Translations under genes and position numbers: made by a program
Source of the DNA: Eledone cirrhosa
Lineage: Eukaryota
Reading direction: 5' to 3'
Assembly: GCA_964016885.1 (NCBI GenBank)
Contig: OZ024751.1
Span: forward strand, 11,718,001-11,782,000
Length of the DNA stretch: 64,000 bases
Part shown: positions 40,929 to 54,629 of the stretch, in pieces
Position numbering within the stretch: position 1 is the first letter of the stretch
How the letters are laid out: the number at the start of each line of letters is the position of its first letter
Notes under the pieces: generated by a model
Database searches by the model: none
The model's input: only the letters and a program-made list of their open reading frames with translations
What the model was told of the DNA's origin: nothing

Positions 40929-41985
40929 ACTGTTTAATAATAATCCTTAAAGGGAAACTACATATATTATGATATAGTTACAGAATTAAAATCGAAATAA
41001 TAATACTTTTTAAGAGTAAATATAACTACTTATTAATCCTATAAGTAAATGACAACTATTGGATTGAACTGTTTATAATGTAAAAATAATAGTTCAGATA
41101 ATAATTCTAAACATTTTATAAAATGCATATACTGATGGTGATATGCGAATAAGTTGTGGTAAATATCCTTATACACATTTAATGTTTGTAAACTTGCTTG
41201 ATAGGTAAATATGTTTTTGAATTTTGTAACAAAATATTGAATATATTTATTAATTAAACTATGCTTCTGATTATTATAGAAAATATTTTTATATTGTTTA
41301 ATTTTGATATAATATATTAGTATAATTATCTTAAACATAACCAAATACAAAATATATTTAAAATGTCACGGTATTTAATTGATCGCTTCTATTTGACTTA
41401 ATATTTGAAAACAACGGTCAAGCATCATGTCCCTTTCTTCTTTCTTTCTTTCTTTCATTCTTTCCTTTTTGTAGTTACGTCTTCCCTCTTCTCGCTTCTA
41501 TGTCTCCCTCCCTCCTTCTTCTATCTTTTCTTCTTTTTTCTCTCTTATTCTTTCTTCTCTTCGATCTCTCTCTCTCTTTCTTTTCTTCCCTAACACGGAT
41601 ATTTACGCATTTAAATATTTAAATATTTATGTAGGTGTGTGTTTATTTATTTCTTCTCACCTTTTCTCAAACCCACCACCTCCTTATACTTATATCTCGC
41701 TCCACATCCTCTTCTTCATCATATTTAAGTTTATCATGTTATTATTTGTGGTATATAAATATTGAGATTTGTTGTAATAAATCACTGCCAAGACTGGAAT
41801 TGAACCATCAAGACAGTTGAGGTATGTCATACATCAATTCATATATTTTATCTGGTGAAGACGTACTGAAAAAACAGCACAGTACCTCGGAAATATATAT
41901 AATAAAACATATATTTTGATTATGTGAACGTCTTCATTTATTAATAGTTTGAATAATATATATATATATGTAAATATATATATAT

Positions 41986-42066
<81 letters not shown>

Positions 42067-42069
<3 letters not shown>

Positions 42070-42184
42070 GTTATGTAATAAACAACATAAGGCAATTATT
42101 CCATTTACCGGTGGTTTCTTAAAAGCTTTTAAGAAACCACTGGTAAATGGAATAATTGCCTTATGTTGTTTATTACATAACTAT
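42067..42184. repeat. Near-perfect 118-bp palindrome next to (TA)n
   Basis: Centre AAAAG|CTTTT at 42125/42126, with one mismatch. The arm matches the 3' half of the hammerhead element at 50181-50231. Confidence 0.9.
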
Positions 42185-42243
42185 TAAGCTCTGTTACCTA
42201 CATTGAGCACTCTTTTTTCCTGGACTTTTCCGACGGAATTACT

Positions 42244-42357
<114 letters not shown>

Positions 42358-42842
42358 ATATGTATATATATATATATATATATGTATGGTATGTATGTAA
42401 ACATATATAATAGGACTTTAGCAAAGCTGAAAGCGTGTCCCTGCGGTATATCAACTCCCTCATATAACAATTTTTGTTGATAATTTGAAACCCTGGATCA
42501 GGTTTAACTGAGTATCGTTATCGTTAAAGTAGCCATGTTCATTTATATGTTTGTATAAGAGGGAAGTTTTAGGAATGTTCTTGTTGCGTAATTTGGCTGT
42601 CCTGCCTACCAGATCGAGTACCGTCTAGAATATCATGGTTTGTCTGTTTCTTGTTTCTTCTAGGAGTAGGAAGCTGTCATTCCCTGACGTTATCTCTAGG
42701 GATACGGGAATCAGCAGACAGGACCTAGGGGCAGTGATGGGGGACAGGGAGTTCTGGGCATGAGAGTGAGATCCATCATCTCGACAGTAGTAGACAAGTG
42801 GTGGTGGTGGTGTTTCTTCTTCATTATTAGTAGAATCAACTA

Positions 42843-43132
42843 CCGCCGAGGTCAACTTTGCCTTTCATCCTTACGGGGTCGATAAAATAAAGTACCAGTA
42901 ATGTACTGGATAATTGCTGGCCTTGTGCCAAAGGTAGAATCAATTATCAGTTGGCAGTATCGGTAGAGCGTCAGACACCATGCCTTGCAACATAGAGTTA
43001 TGACCCTTTACGTTCTGAGTTCAAATCCCACCGTGGTTAAATTTGCTTTTCATCCTTACGGCGTCGATAAAATAAAGTACCAGTAATGTACTGGTGAATT
43101 GCTGGCCTTGTGCCAACAGTAGAATCAATTAT
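42843..43132 (+). mobile_element. Tandem SINE pair (truncated plus near-full copy)
   Basis: Homology to 38868-39052 occurs twice in tandem. Confidence 0.82.
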
Positions 43133-43676
43133 TAGTAGTATCAACATCCCCCCCCCCCCCCCACCACCACACGTCAAACTATATATATATATAAAAAATA
43201 ACATTAAAATTATCACACATGAAAATACTTGGCAGTAACTTTAAAAACCTCAATTTCTGCATACGACCATCATCCAAATTATTTCGGTTAAATACATCAT
43301 CCTCATCATCATCATCATCACCATCATCATCAACTTCATCATCATCATAATCATCATCATTATAATCAGCAGCAAGAATAAACTGACTGAAAAGAAAAGG
43401 AAATAAAAACAAAACTCGTTTTTGGCAAAAACATTCACCTGATTAAATAAAAAATTTCAGAAAAATACATATTTTTAAAAAAATTTTTAAAACTTTCAAA
43501 TCATTGCAATGAACAAATTGAATTTTTTCAAACATTATTATAAAAAAAACAACACATTATATACCAACAAAAAACAAAACAAAAAAACAAACAAACACGT
43601 AATCATTATTATCACAGCTATCATGTTCGTATCATCATCGTCAAAATAAACCTCTTCCCAATGATTATCATCATTG

Positions 43677-43710
<34 letters not shown>

Positions 43711-44592
43711 GAATAACATCACCATCATACCTCTCATCATGGTCCCACTTCATCATTGTTAGCAATGTTGTACGTAAGATGTTATTAGCTACTCCATTGT
43801 GATATCATTAAGAAAATAATACAACTTGAACAGTAATATTAAACTAGACAATAAAATGTTTAGAATAAAACATACAAAAAATTGTGTTCTACTTCATTAC
43901 AAAATAGTTGTTGTTTTTTTTCTGGAAACCTTACACTCTCGCTGAAGAATTTCTGCCAATTTTAATGATTTAGATACTTCACCACATCTCTGGAAATTAC
44001 AAGTAATGCTGATGATGATGATAATAATAATATTGATAATAATAATTGTAATAATAACAATAAAAATGATAAGAATCCTTTACCTCTACTGTCTAAGTGT
44101 CGAAGTGTTATTTCTGCTACCCTCACATATCATTCTCATTTTTACCATTATCATACTCCCCCGTCTACATTAACATTTTCCTCCTCTTCGTCCTCCTCTT
44201 TGTTCTCCTATTCGACCGCCCCCCCCCCCATCCTCCTCATCCTCCTCATCATCATCATTATCATCATCATCATCATCATCATCTATCATCATCATCATCC
44301 TTAACATAATTACCCGTAGCACCACCAATCAAATATCACCAGCATAGCAATCAGCTCCACCACCAAAACAAAAACAACACTACCACCACCACAGCTCCAT
44401 GCGCCAAACACAACAACCTAAAACCACTAACTACCATCACCAACCATCACAACCAACGAACATAAACTTCATAATCCACACCAAAAGCAGCAGAAGCATA
44501 CCGTCATCATAATCATCTTTACCTTCAGCATACCATCACCATCATCAGCAACATCCTCATCACCCGCATCAACATCACCACCATTATTATTA

Positions 44593-44633
<41 letters not shown>

Positions 44634-47600
44634 CTTGATGATACATAGGAAATCGTATCATCAAGAGCTCCGCAAAGGTTTGTTGTTTTCGTTGGTTTAA
44701 AATTGCCATTTATGGAGAATTTTTGTTGTTAACTGTTTATAAGGTCACAAAATTTGCTTTTGGAGAAGGACACTCAAAAGGATTGGGGCCTTGAGCCCAA
44801 AATTTAAACTTTTATAATTATCAAACAAAAAATTTCTCTGAAAGAATCATGGACAACTCACAGCCACACCTTCCTCACAAACTAACTCCTCACACCGACA
44901 CCACCATTGTAAATATTACTACGCTTGCCAACACTAAAAATATAAGCAGTAGCAATAATTTAAATTTGTCTCATGCAGACATTGATTTCCCGCCCTTACC
45001 AATGACTGCAGGTGTTGAAGCCACCACCCCACCACCACCACAACGACAACATAAACAAAAGAAAAAATAAATTATCTCGTGTCATCGAAATGGATTCACC
45101 CAGAATGGACTCTTCCACACCGAACACCATTGACGCCACCACCACCACAACTGAAACTAAAAATAACAATAACAAAAGTAACAATAACAACAACAGCAAC
45201 AACAACAATGAGAATAACAACATCGTGTCTTTGCGAAAGCAGCTAAAAAATGCGAAACAATCAAGGTAACTCAGGAGGAACTAGATGAAGCCAAGAGAAT
45301 GTGCCAATGTGGACTTGGACAAATCGCGTAGGGTCATCCAGATCATATCTAGATAGAGTATTTTCTAGGGAAATAGATAGGTCTAGCATAGGCTGCCCAT
45401 AATTCAAGATAGTCATCTAAACGGACCATAAATTCGTGATCTGTGTGCTTGACTTAGATAGGCTTCATAGACGAGGACCCGGCTACAGGAAGCTAGACGC
45501 GTCCTTACCAGCGCGCAAGGCCTACAGAGACCGGATTAGCGAACTAGTTAAGCGGGCGTTGACGGGGGCCATCGTCAACAACAAGTGGTGGTTTGCTCTG
45601 AAAAGAGCAATTAGAATAGGGTCCATTAGGTTTAGTAAGGCTTTAACAATAGAGAAAATAGAGCAGAGGGAGAATTAGTTGGAAAATTAGACGAGGCGCT
45701 TAGCAAAGGCATCGCGACCGACGTACTTGCGGCGAAATTGGCCCTTGACAAATTATTCAATGCAAAGCACGAATGCTGCGTTGTTAGAGCTAGGGTGCGT
45801 GCTCTCAGACACGAGGGGACGAAAGCCGTTCAATAGGCCCGAGTGGCGGAGGCGCGTCGTGGCAACAGAGCCACGATCCGGTCTTTGGTGGACCACGACG
45901 CGCGCATGCTACTCGATCCCGGGCAAATGTGTGAAGCTTTTCAGCGGCACTTCGCACAGCTGTTCGGGGATAGCGGCGGGACGGATCGAGGGATGGATTT
46001 TAGTGTCTACCTCGACGGACTGCCGCGGCTCTCGGCCATTGAGGCGGAGTGTTGCGAAAAGCCGATAACAGCCGCTGAAGTACGGGAGGCAATGACTGGC
46101 TGCACAAGGGGTAAATCGCGTGGTTTGGATGGTCTGCCGTATGAACTTTACGTACAGATGCCAGACTTGTTCGGAGGCCTCTTGGCGGACGTCTACTGCA
46201 ACTGGCAACAGAACGGGAGAATTCCCAGCTCTGTGAGCCGAGGAGCTGTGGTGCTGCTGAGAAAGGATCCGAACAAGGGGGATAACATAGATAATTTTAG
46301 GCCCATAACTCTGCTAAACACAGAGTTCAAGATTTTGGCCAAGGTGCTAGCAAAGAGGTTGGCGCTTGTAGTTGGTGGTGTGGTGGGAGTTGCGCAGACA
46401 TGCGCCATTCCCGACAGATCCATCCGCGACAACCTCCACCTCATTCGATACATCGTAGAGATAGTAGCTAGGGAACCTGGCACGGGTGGGTCCTTGATCA
46501 ATTTAGATCAGTCGAAAGCTTTCGATAGGGTCGACCATCATTACCTAGCGGCAGTCCTGAGGGCAGATGGCTTTGTGCCCGTCTTCAGAGGCTGGATCGC
46601 TGCCATGCACAGCGACATCTGCTCTGTGGTGAGAGTGAACGGTCACCTTTCGGAACCGTTCAACATCATGCGCTCGGTCCGCCAAGGATGTCCCCTCTTG
46701 TCGCTCTTGTACGTAGTGACTCTCGAGCCATTACTGCACAAACTGGAGACGTTGAGGGGGGTCCCGCGCGAACTCGGATGCGGAAGATCCGTGTCAGCAT
46801 ATGCGGACGATGTCACCATAGTGGTGTCGAACGCCAAACACATCGAGGCGATCGGCACTACACTAAGAGAATACGAAGCGGTGTCAGGAGCAATAATCAA
46901 CCAGTAAAAGTCAGAGGCAGGTCCATGCCGTCCAACAGCGTCGTCGGGCGCTGGACAGACGGACCGGTTAAATTGCTCGGGGTCTGGTTCGGTCCCCACC
47001 TCCAGACGGACAAAAACTGGGACGAGGTGACGAGAAATGGGCGGAGAGGAAGCTATCCCTGAAAGGTCGAGTGGAGGTGGCTAACGCATACATCGCGTCT
47101 GTCATCTACTACCGCCTGCCCGTCGTACCTTGTCCTAAGACCCTCCTGCCTGCGCTGGAGCGTTTGCTCTTTCGTTTTTTGTGGAAGGACGCGCTCCGAT
47201 GGTCAGGCGGTCCATCTGCTGTCAACACCCGCTACGTGGAGGGCTGGGAATGCCGTGGCTGATGATGCGCAGACACGTGCTTAGGATACGACATCCATCT
47301 CCATCTCTTCCTCGACGGTGATCAGGTGTGGTCGCCGTTTGCTAGACGAGTCTTTCCCCAGCTCGTCTCCTTGACGGAGCTGCAGTCCTGGATCAAGCGA
47401 AGACCGAGAGGGAGCGCTTGGAGACTGGAATGTCTTCAGGCGCTCACAGCCCTCGACCAATCGGGCAATGTGATCGGTGGAAACTCCACCTTGGCGTTCT
47501 ATAGAGGATTAGTGGAGGGGAAGAGCGACGACGTACTTGGGGAAACTCTAGGCGTCGACGAAAATCAAGTAGCCAATCTCTTCGGAAGAACTTTCGTGCC

Positions 47601-48390
47601 GGGGCCTATGGACAACTTCCAGAAATCCATGGCCTGGCAGTGTTACCGAGGAGCTTTGCCAGTTCGGGATAAACTCTACAGGCATGGAGGTGCCGTTGCC
47701 GGGAATGTCCGAGATGCGCGCAGGGCGACGAAACCGTCATGCACGCACTCGTCCAGTGTCCGAGCATTGCTGACTTGTGGGTTTATGTCGAACACCTCCT
47801 GTCGCCTGTAGGACGGATCCAGCTATCAGCTGAGTCCATCGTGAGGATTGCCCAGCCCTCTTCCTTTAGCCGGGAAGGGCAAGCAGTTTTTATCTGTCTG
47901 GTGGCCATGGCGAAAGAGATAGTATGGTGGACACGTTTGAAAGGGCTGAAGACGAGTACTTACCTCTTCGGTGATGCCCTGATTAACTTTTTCAAATTTC
48001 ATTTGAAAAGAAAAATCAGAGTAGAAAGGGAAGTGCTCTCTTCCCAGCATTTTGTTGAAAGATGGGTGAGAGAGGCAAGAATGGCCCGAGTGAATGGGCT
48101 TACTCTGAGTATGTGTCTGTAAATTAAAGGTGGGAAACTGGGAGAGGGCACTTGCCCTGGTGGTCAGGGTCACTGTGGCTTTTAATTGGGCTTTCTCCAC
48201 GAATGTCCCTCGGAAGTCTCCCCCTATTGGGGAATTTTTTCATTGTTCTAATATTACATCCTCTGTTTCTTGTTTTTTTACACACAGAAATGCCCATTTG
48301 TACCGCCCTGTATTGTCCTGTGCTGTCCTTAATGTCTACTTTATGTAAACCCTTGTGGTTAATAAAGAAAGCATTATTATTATTATTATT
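44634..48390 (+). mobile_element. Tx1-like (L1 superfamily) LINE, internally deleted and frameshifted, inserted in (ATT)n
   Basis: Putative 5'UTR/ORF1 start (44849-45290), then the end of an APE-type endonuclease region, RT, C-terminal CPRC..HALVQC knuckle, AATAAA at 48361 and an (ATT)n tail. (ATT)n also lies at 44583-44633. Confidence 0.8.
45843..46907 (+). pseudogene. Reverse transcriptase portion of Tx1-like ORF2
   Basis: Motifs KSRGLDG, NFRPITLLNTEFKILAK, LDQSKAFDRV, VRQGCPL, YADD. The reading frame is broken on both sides. Confidence 0.9.
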
Positions 48391-48412
48391 ACAGTTGCAT
48401 TTATCTTGCTTT

Positions 48413-49100
48413 ATGTTCATACGAGTTATCACAAACTGGGGGCGATGAGGGGCGTCCCACGTGAACTAGGATGCGGGAAGTCCGAGTCGGCTTACGCTCA
48501 CGACGTCACCGTGGTGGTGTCGAGCACCAGACACGTCCAGATGCTCGGCACCGCTCTCAAGGAATACGAAGCGGTGACAAGAGCAAAGATAAACTAGGAA
48601 AAGTCGGTGGGCTTGCAGCTAGGCACTTGGAGAGGCAAGTCCATGCCGTCCGACAGCGTCGTGGGGCGTTGGACGGACGGATCGGTTAAATTCCTCGGGG
48701 TCTGGTTTGGACCGGATCTCCAGATGGAGAAAAACTGGAACGAGGTGACGAGCAGGGTGGCCTCCCTCACCCAGAAATGGGCTGAGAGGAAGCTATCCCT
48801 GAAAGGCCGGGCGGAAGTGGCGAATGCGTACATCGCATCCGTCATCTGCTACCGCCTCACCGTCGTCCCTTGCTCCAGCCCAACTCTCACCAAAATGGAG
48901 CGCCTCCTCTTCCGCTTTTTGTGGAAGGGACGCGCTCCCATGGTCAGACGATCCATCTGCTGTCAACATCCGTCGCGTGGAGGACTGGGCATGCCATGGC
49001 TGATGATGCGCAAACATGCGCTGAGGCTGCGACATCTCTGGTGCTTCCTTGATGGTGAACGGGTGTGGTTGCCGTTCGCCAGGCACATTTTCCCACAGGT
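48413..49100 (+). mobile_element. Tx1-like LINE fragment (RT C-terminal/thumb region)
   Basis: YAHDVTVVV (degenerate YADD), LGVWFGPDL, GGLGMPWL. Homologous to 46740-47350. Confidence 0.85.
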
Positions 49101-49541
49101 GGTTTTCTTAAATTAATTAACTTATATTATTAGTGTAAAATAAAGTACCAGTAATACACTGGTTAATTGCTGGCCTTGTGCCTACCGTAGAAACAATTAT
49201 TAATGTTGTGTTTAGTTTTCAATGATCAGACATCAGACTTGATAGTCACTGGGGAGGTTGACTTCAATTAAAGTTGAAATATTAATAAAATATGTGAGAA
49301 AACATTTTTAACAGAATATTAATGGTAGATAGAATAATATTCGACGCAATAGAGGGAAGAAGATTATATAGAACTATTAACTATATACGAGGCTCGGCTG
49401 AGAGGTTAACAGGTTGACCAAGATGCTCTTATGGAATAACTAAATGTGGTATAGTTTGCAACATCGTCTTAGGAAAGGAACAATGTACTTATTAATAAGA
49501 AGATTTGAAATTAATACATGAAAGATATCACATAACCTTGA

Positions 49542-49580
<39 letters not shown>

Positions 49581-49657
49581 ACGAAGGAAAAGTGGTAAGG
49601 AACCAGGTGGACCATAACGCACCAAAGTACTCAATACTTAGGGTAGTAGAGTGGGTA

Positions 49658-49777
49658 ATAGGAACGAGTAGGACCCCGACGGCAGAGCTGAAGCCGTTTC
49701 GACGGCTAATTCTGGACTTAGCCAGAATTAGCCATCGAAACGGCTTGAGCTCAGCCGTCGGGGTCCTACTCGTTCCT

Positions 49778-49779
<2 letters not shown>
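49658..49779. repeat. Inverted repeat (family also at 56408-56513, 25612-25668, 50285-50322)
   Basis: ATAGGAACGAGTAGGACCCCGACGGC..GTTTCGACGGCTAATTCTGG and its reverse complement with a 6-nt spacer. Flanked by (TA)n. Confidence 0.88.
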
Positions 49780-49856
<77 letters not shown>

Positions 49857-49916
49857 AAAGATAAACAAGGTTCAAAGAATAAATCAAAGAATGAGTTTTA
49901 CAATAGGTTGGAAGCA

Positions 49917-50009
<93 letters not shown>

Positions 50010-50127
50010 GAAGTATTTCCATTTCCGTAGGAAGGGGAAAGGAGAGTGCTCTACGTATGCTACAGAGCTATTTAATTATGTAATAAACAACACAAGACAA
50101 TTATAACATTTACCAAAGATATTAAAT

Positions 50128-50200
50128 TTTCATTCTGATGAGCGATTTCAGATGTCTCCGTTGAGTTCGCCTGTCTTCGTGAAACCTCTGGTAAATGGAA
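50128..50200 (+). ncRNA. Solitary type I hammerhead ribozyme of Penelope-pLTR type, inside an inverted repeat (50073-50231)
   Basis: UUUCAUU-CUGAUGA-GCGA...UCGU-GAAAC-C(UCU)G-GUA^-AAUGGAA. Stem I UUUCAUU/AAUGGAA, stem II GCGA/UCGU, stem III ACC/GGU. Confidence 0.72.
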
Positions 50201-50229
50201 TAATTGTCTTATGTTGTTTATTACATAAT

Positions 50230-50278
<49 letters not shown>

Positions 50279-50654
50279 CAGATCTAGCTGTCGAAACGTA
50301 TGGAGCTGAGCCGTCGGGGTCCGCACTCATTTCATATATATATGTATATATATATATATATGCAAGGGTTGTCTGAATGGTTGTTGCTTGAAACATTCAT
50401 AAGCTGACCAAGATACTTTAACATGAGACTTTGAGCATGTCAGACATTAGTTGAACAGCATGTCTTTCTTACTCCAACAACATTGTTTCACTTATTCCTG
50501 CTGCAAGATAACTTAAGTGTATCGCCTGCAAACATCTATTTGCCTAAGTACCAATTCAGTAAAGACCACTAATGATAGACAACAATCCTGAAATACGTCT
50601 CTGGTGTTTTCACTCAGCTACTAACGAGATTTTCTTTTTATGGTTACTATATTA

Positions 50655-50960
50655 GAGGGCTCCGTCAGTTTCGACGACGAGTGTTCACATTGAACCAATC
50701 ACAGAACAGCCTGCTCATGAAATTAACTTGTAAGTGGCTGAGCATTCTACAGACACGCGTATCAATAACGTGGTTCTCTGGGAGTTTCAGCGAGACACTG
50801 AACGTGACAAGGATGGCCCTTCGAATTATAGGTACAACATATTTTTGCCAGCTGAGTGGACTGGAGGAACGTCAAATAAATAAAGTGTCATTCTCAAGGA
50901 CACCACGCAACACCGGTAATCGAACTTACGAATACCTTAACCACAAAGCCACATGCTTTA
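50655..50960 (-). mobile_element. tRNA-derived CORE-like SINE
   Basis: The minus strand has a tRNA-like head (GTGGCTTTGTGGTTAAG..GTTCGATTACC) followed by the CORE-like GTGTCCTTGAGAATGACACTTTATT. Confidence 0.65.
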
Positions 50961-51089
50961 CTATATATAAAGATAATGTGTATGCTTTCATATACTCTTC
51001 TCTTATTAATCAGGCTGTGTTATCGTAAAAAAAAGATCCACACGTTAGTTCTCATAGTTAGTTCTCATAGTTAGTTCTCATCTATCTAT

Positions 51090-51990
51090 CTCTGTCAAGC
51101 GGGCACAGCAATCAGTGGAGACTCCACTTCGACATTCTATAGAGGGTTAGTACTTTAGAAGTGCGACGACGTTCTCAGGGAGACTCTAGGCGTCGAAGAC
51201 GACGAGCTCACCAGTCTGTTCGGTAGGACTCTCCGCCCGGGACCTATGGACAACTTCCAGAGGTCCCTGGCCCCCCAGTGCTACCGAGGAGCTCTACCCG
51301 TTCGAGACGACATCTTCAGGCACTGACCCCCCGACAGGGATCCTTCCAAGAGGACGTGTCCAAGATGCGAGCTGGACATTGAAACCGTCTTGCACGCAAT
51401 TGTACACTGCCCGGGCGTAAGCGACCTGTGGAACTATGCACAACAACTGTTGTCGCGTATGGGACAAATCCAGTTGACTGCCGAGTCCATAGTAAGGAAC
51501 AAACCGCCGCTTTTCCTCTGTACAGTGGGTATGGTGAAAGAGGTTATATGGTGGACGAGATTGGGGGGACTGAGAACAGATGCCTTTCTCTCCGGACAAC
51601 AATTGATTCCCTTCTTTAAGTATCACTTTAGAAGGAGAATCAGAGTGGAGAGAGAGGCACTGCGCCCCAGTAAATATACTGAAAGGTGGGTGAATGAAGC
51701 GAAAATGGCCCGAGTGATTGGGCCTTCTCTGTTTATAAGCCTGTAGGTTAAAGAAGAGAGCAAAAGGAAGAAAGGAGCACTTGCACAACACGCTCCTGGA
51801 GTTGAGGGTTGTTCTATCGACGGGGTATTAAATAACCCATTTGTGGCGCCTCACCCCTATTGGGGATTTCAATTGTTATAATTGTTTGTTTCAATATTTT
51901 TACACGACTGTATGTAAAATCCCCGGCATGTGTCGTTGTATTGTCCCCTTTTATTGTGCGCCCTTGTGGCAAATAAAGAAATATATCTAT
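51090..51990 (+). mobile_element. 5'-truncated Tx1-like LINE 3' end
   Basis: CPRC..HAIVHC knuckle and RWVNEAKMARV C-terminus as in the 57.2-59.8 kb copy. AATAAA at 51972. Short TATC repeats on both flanks. Confidence 0.85.
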
Positions 51991-52293
51991 CTATGTTACT
52001 AAAACAGAGAATGTCTGCTTGTCTGTCTGTCTGTCGAACCACCCAACCGAGTTTTTTTAAACTTTACACATACTTGTTTGAGCTGAAATTTCAAATTTCA
52101 AATTTCAAATTTTCAATGCCCTAGGCACTGCATTAGGCTATTTAGCGATCTCTCTCTATAATTCTTAGTCTTTCGCTTTTTAGATAGATACATAGCTACG
52201 ACGTCACGCCCTTATCATATCTGTCTGTATGCCTGACTGTCTACATGACGTCATTACGACGCGATAAGTGTGTGTGTGTGTATATATGTATAT

Positions 52294-52382
<89 letters not shown>

Positions 52383-52549
52383 TTATGCCAGGGAATGTCT
52401 TCACGAACCAAAGTATCGTCTTCCTGTTTTCCTTCGGTTGCAACGTTTTTCGAAATATTTACATCTGCGTTCGCAGATTGATTTTTTTTTAGTTTCAGAA
52501 GATCCGTTAAGGTTGAAAGTAGCGATTCTTTGCTTAAACTTTAATGTTA

Positions 52550-52627
<78 letters not shown>

Positions 52628-53221
52628 CATACACAAAAACGAAATATAAACTATCAAGGTCAAATATTACATACGATGCATACACGAGAACAAAATATAA
52701 ACAAATAAGGCTGGCGATTACATAATCACATGCATCACTGACAGATATTTTTGCATACACAAAAAAATATATAAACAAACAAGGGCAACAATTGCATACA
52801 ATTACATCAGTTAGTCTTAGTGTACTTCATACTGCTTTTAGGTAGAAGATCCCATTGCTTAAACTTTAAGTCAACGGTTCGGATATCACATTCATCACTG
52901 ACGAGTTTACCCCTTACTCTACCAGTTAGTCTTAGTGTATATCATACTGCTTTTAGCTCATGCCTCGAAGGAAAAGATACTCCATTGGCCGAAATACTGA
53001 AAAACTGCGATAGTGGCAAGAGAAAGAACAAGGCGGGAAAACAAATCGTCAGTGGAATATGCTATTCGACTTTCACAAGATGCAGAATGTACTGCCACCA
53101 GAAGAACACTTGAAACATACAAACAACGAACCAATCGCCGAACGGCTGATTTTTCATTTTAGTTTCAGAAGATTACTTAAGGGTGAAAGCAGCTATTATT
53201 TGCTTAAACTTTAATCTGTTA

Positions 53222-53285
<64 letters not shown>

Positions 53286-53482
53286 TCTATATTCGTGTAC
53301 AGATAATTTTGCATACACAATAACAAAATATAAACAAAAGTATTTATTTCGCGATAAAATATTGATTTTCTTCCCACAGAAAAAAACTCCTGGCAATCTA
53401 CAACAAATTTTTTTATAAGATCAAAATGTAGACACCATCCCGAGGCCGAGGTATTCCGTACTTCTATGTACTGTTATATCTA

Positions 53483-53513
<31 letters not shown>

Positions 53514-53660
53514 GTATATTTATGTACAGATATGTTTGCATGCACAATAACAAAATATAAACAAACGTATTTATTTCACGAGGCTCGATAAGGATAAATA
53601 TATATCAAATATATAAGAACCCTAGAGCAAATCACGAGCAACACCGGGCCATTTTGCTAG
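51990..53660 (+). mobile_element. Probable non-autonomous Helitron-like element, with a second one in tandem at 53661-54307
   Basis: 5' TC..ACTAAAAC followed by (GTCT)n, internal duplicated blocks, and a 3' GC-rich CGAGCAACACCGGG..CTAG-T end. A similar 5' motif restarts at 53661 and ends CGGGTCACGGGTGGTCTAG-T at 54307. Confidence 0.5.
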
Positions 53661-54629
53661 TATACTACTAAAACTCTGTGAGTGCTTGCTTGCTTGTCTG
53701 TAATTTAATACAGCCAAAAGGGGACATGATGGGAAAATACTTTGAAAGGAAGTTGACCCTGTAATGGGAATACAAATGGAATAAAACAAGTTTCGCGTAA
53801 ATCGGAGCACGGGTTCCCGAGATATAGGGTTTTATCCTGGTATCTTCATAAATAGAGAGGGAGAGAAAAGAAGGATAGAGAGAAAATATAGTGGTTGTGA
53901 GAGAGTAGATTGAAAGAGAGACAGAGAGAGAGGGAGAGGCGACAGAGAAGAAGAATGGAAGAGAGCTGGTGTTGTTGTGTATATATGTGAGGGTGTGTGT
54001 GTATATATATATATATGTGTATATGTGAGTGTCTATGACCAGTGTACATAGATCACAGACGCCCATATATATATATATATATACACACTCACACATACAC
54101 ACACACACATATATATATATACAAACACACACATTTATATATATATATACATACACACACATATATATACGGGCCTTGCCGTTTCATTTCACATTATATA
54201 TACATGTCTGTGAATATTTTAATTATTTAAAAATTATTTTTAAGTGAACATGATTTTTAAAAAATATTTTGAATTAAACCTAACCTAACGGGTCACGGGT
54301 GGTCTAGTTTAAAACTAATGTCGTGGTGTCAAAAGTTAATATCAAATTAAAGTTATTTGTTTTAAGTGTACTGTAGTTAATGTAGTTATAGGATTATGTT
54401 GTTAATTAGTAACTAAACACCTTTGGAAATAGAAGGTTTAGCTGTAGATACTTTTAAATAATATTTCATCTAGCTAATTGATAATATTTTTTATTTTTTC
54501 AGGATTACAAAAAAACAAACATGTATTTAAAACTCTATATAAGCACGTGATTTAGTTAAAGATAACTAAATCTTGTATTTAGATAGAGTTTTAAATATGT
54601 TGGTTATCCATAACAATCTCTAAGTGGAA

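Noticed and set aside
52890-52995. CTGACGAG ... CGAAA possible hammerhead
   Set aside because: I could not form stems I-III.
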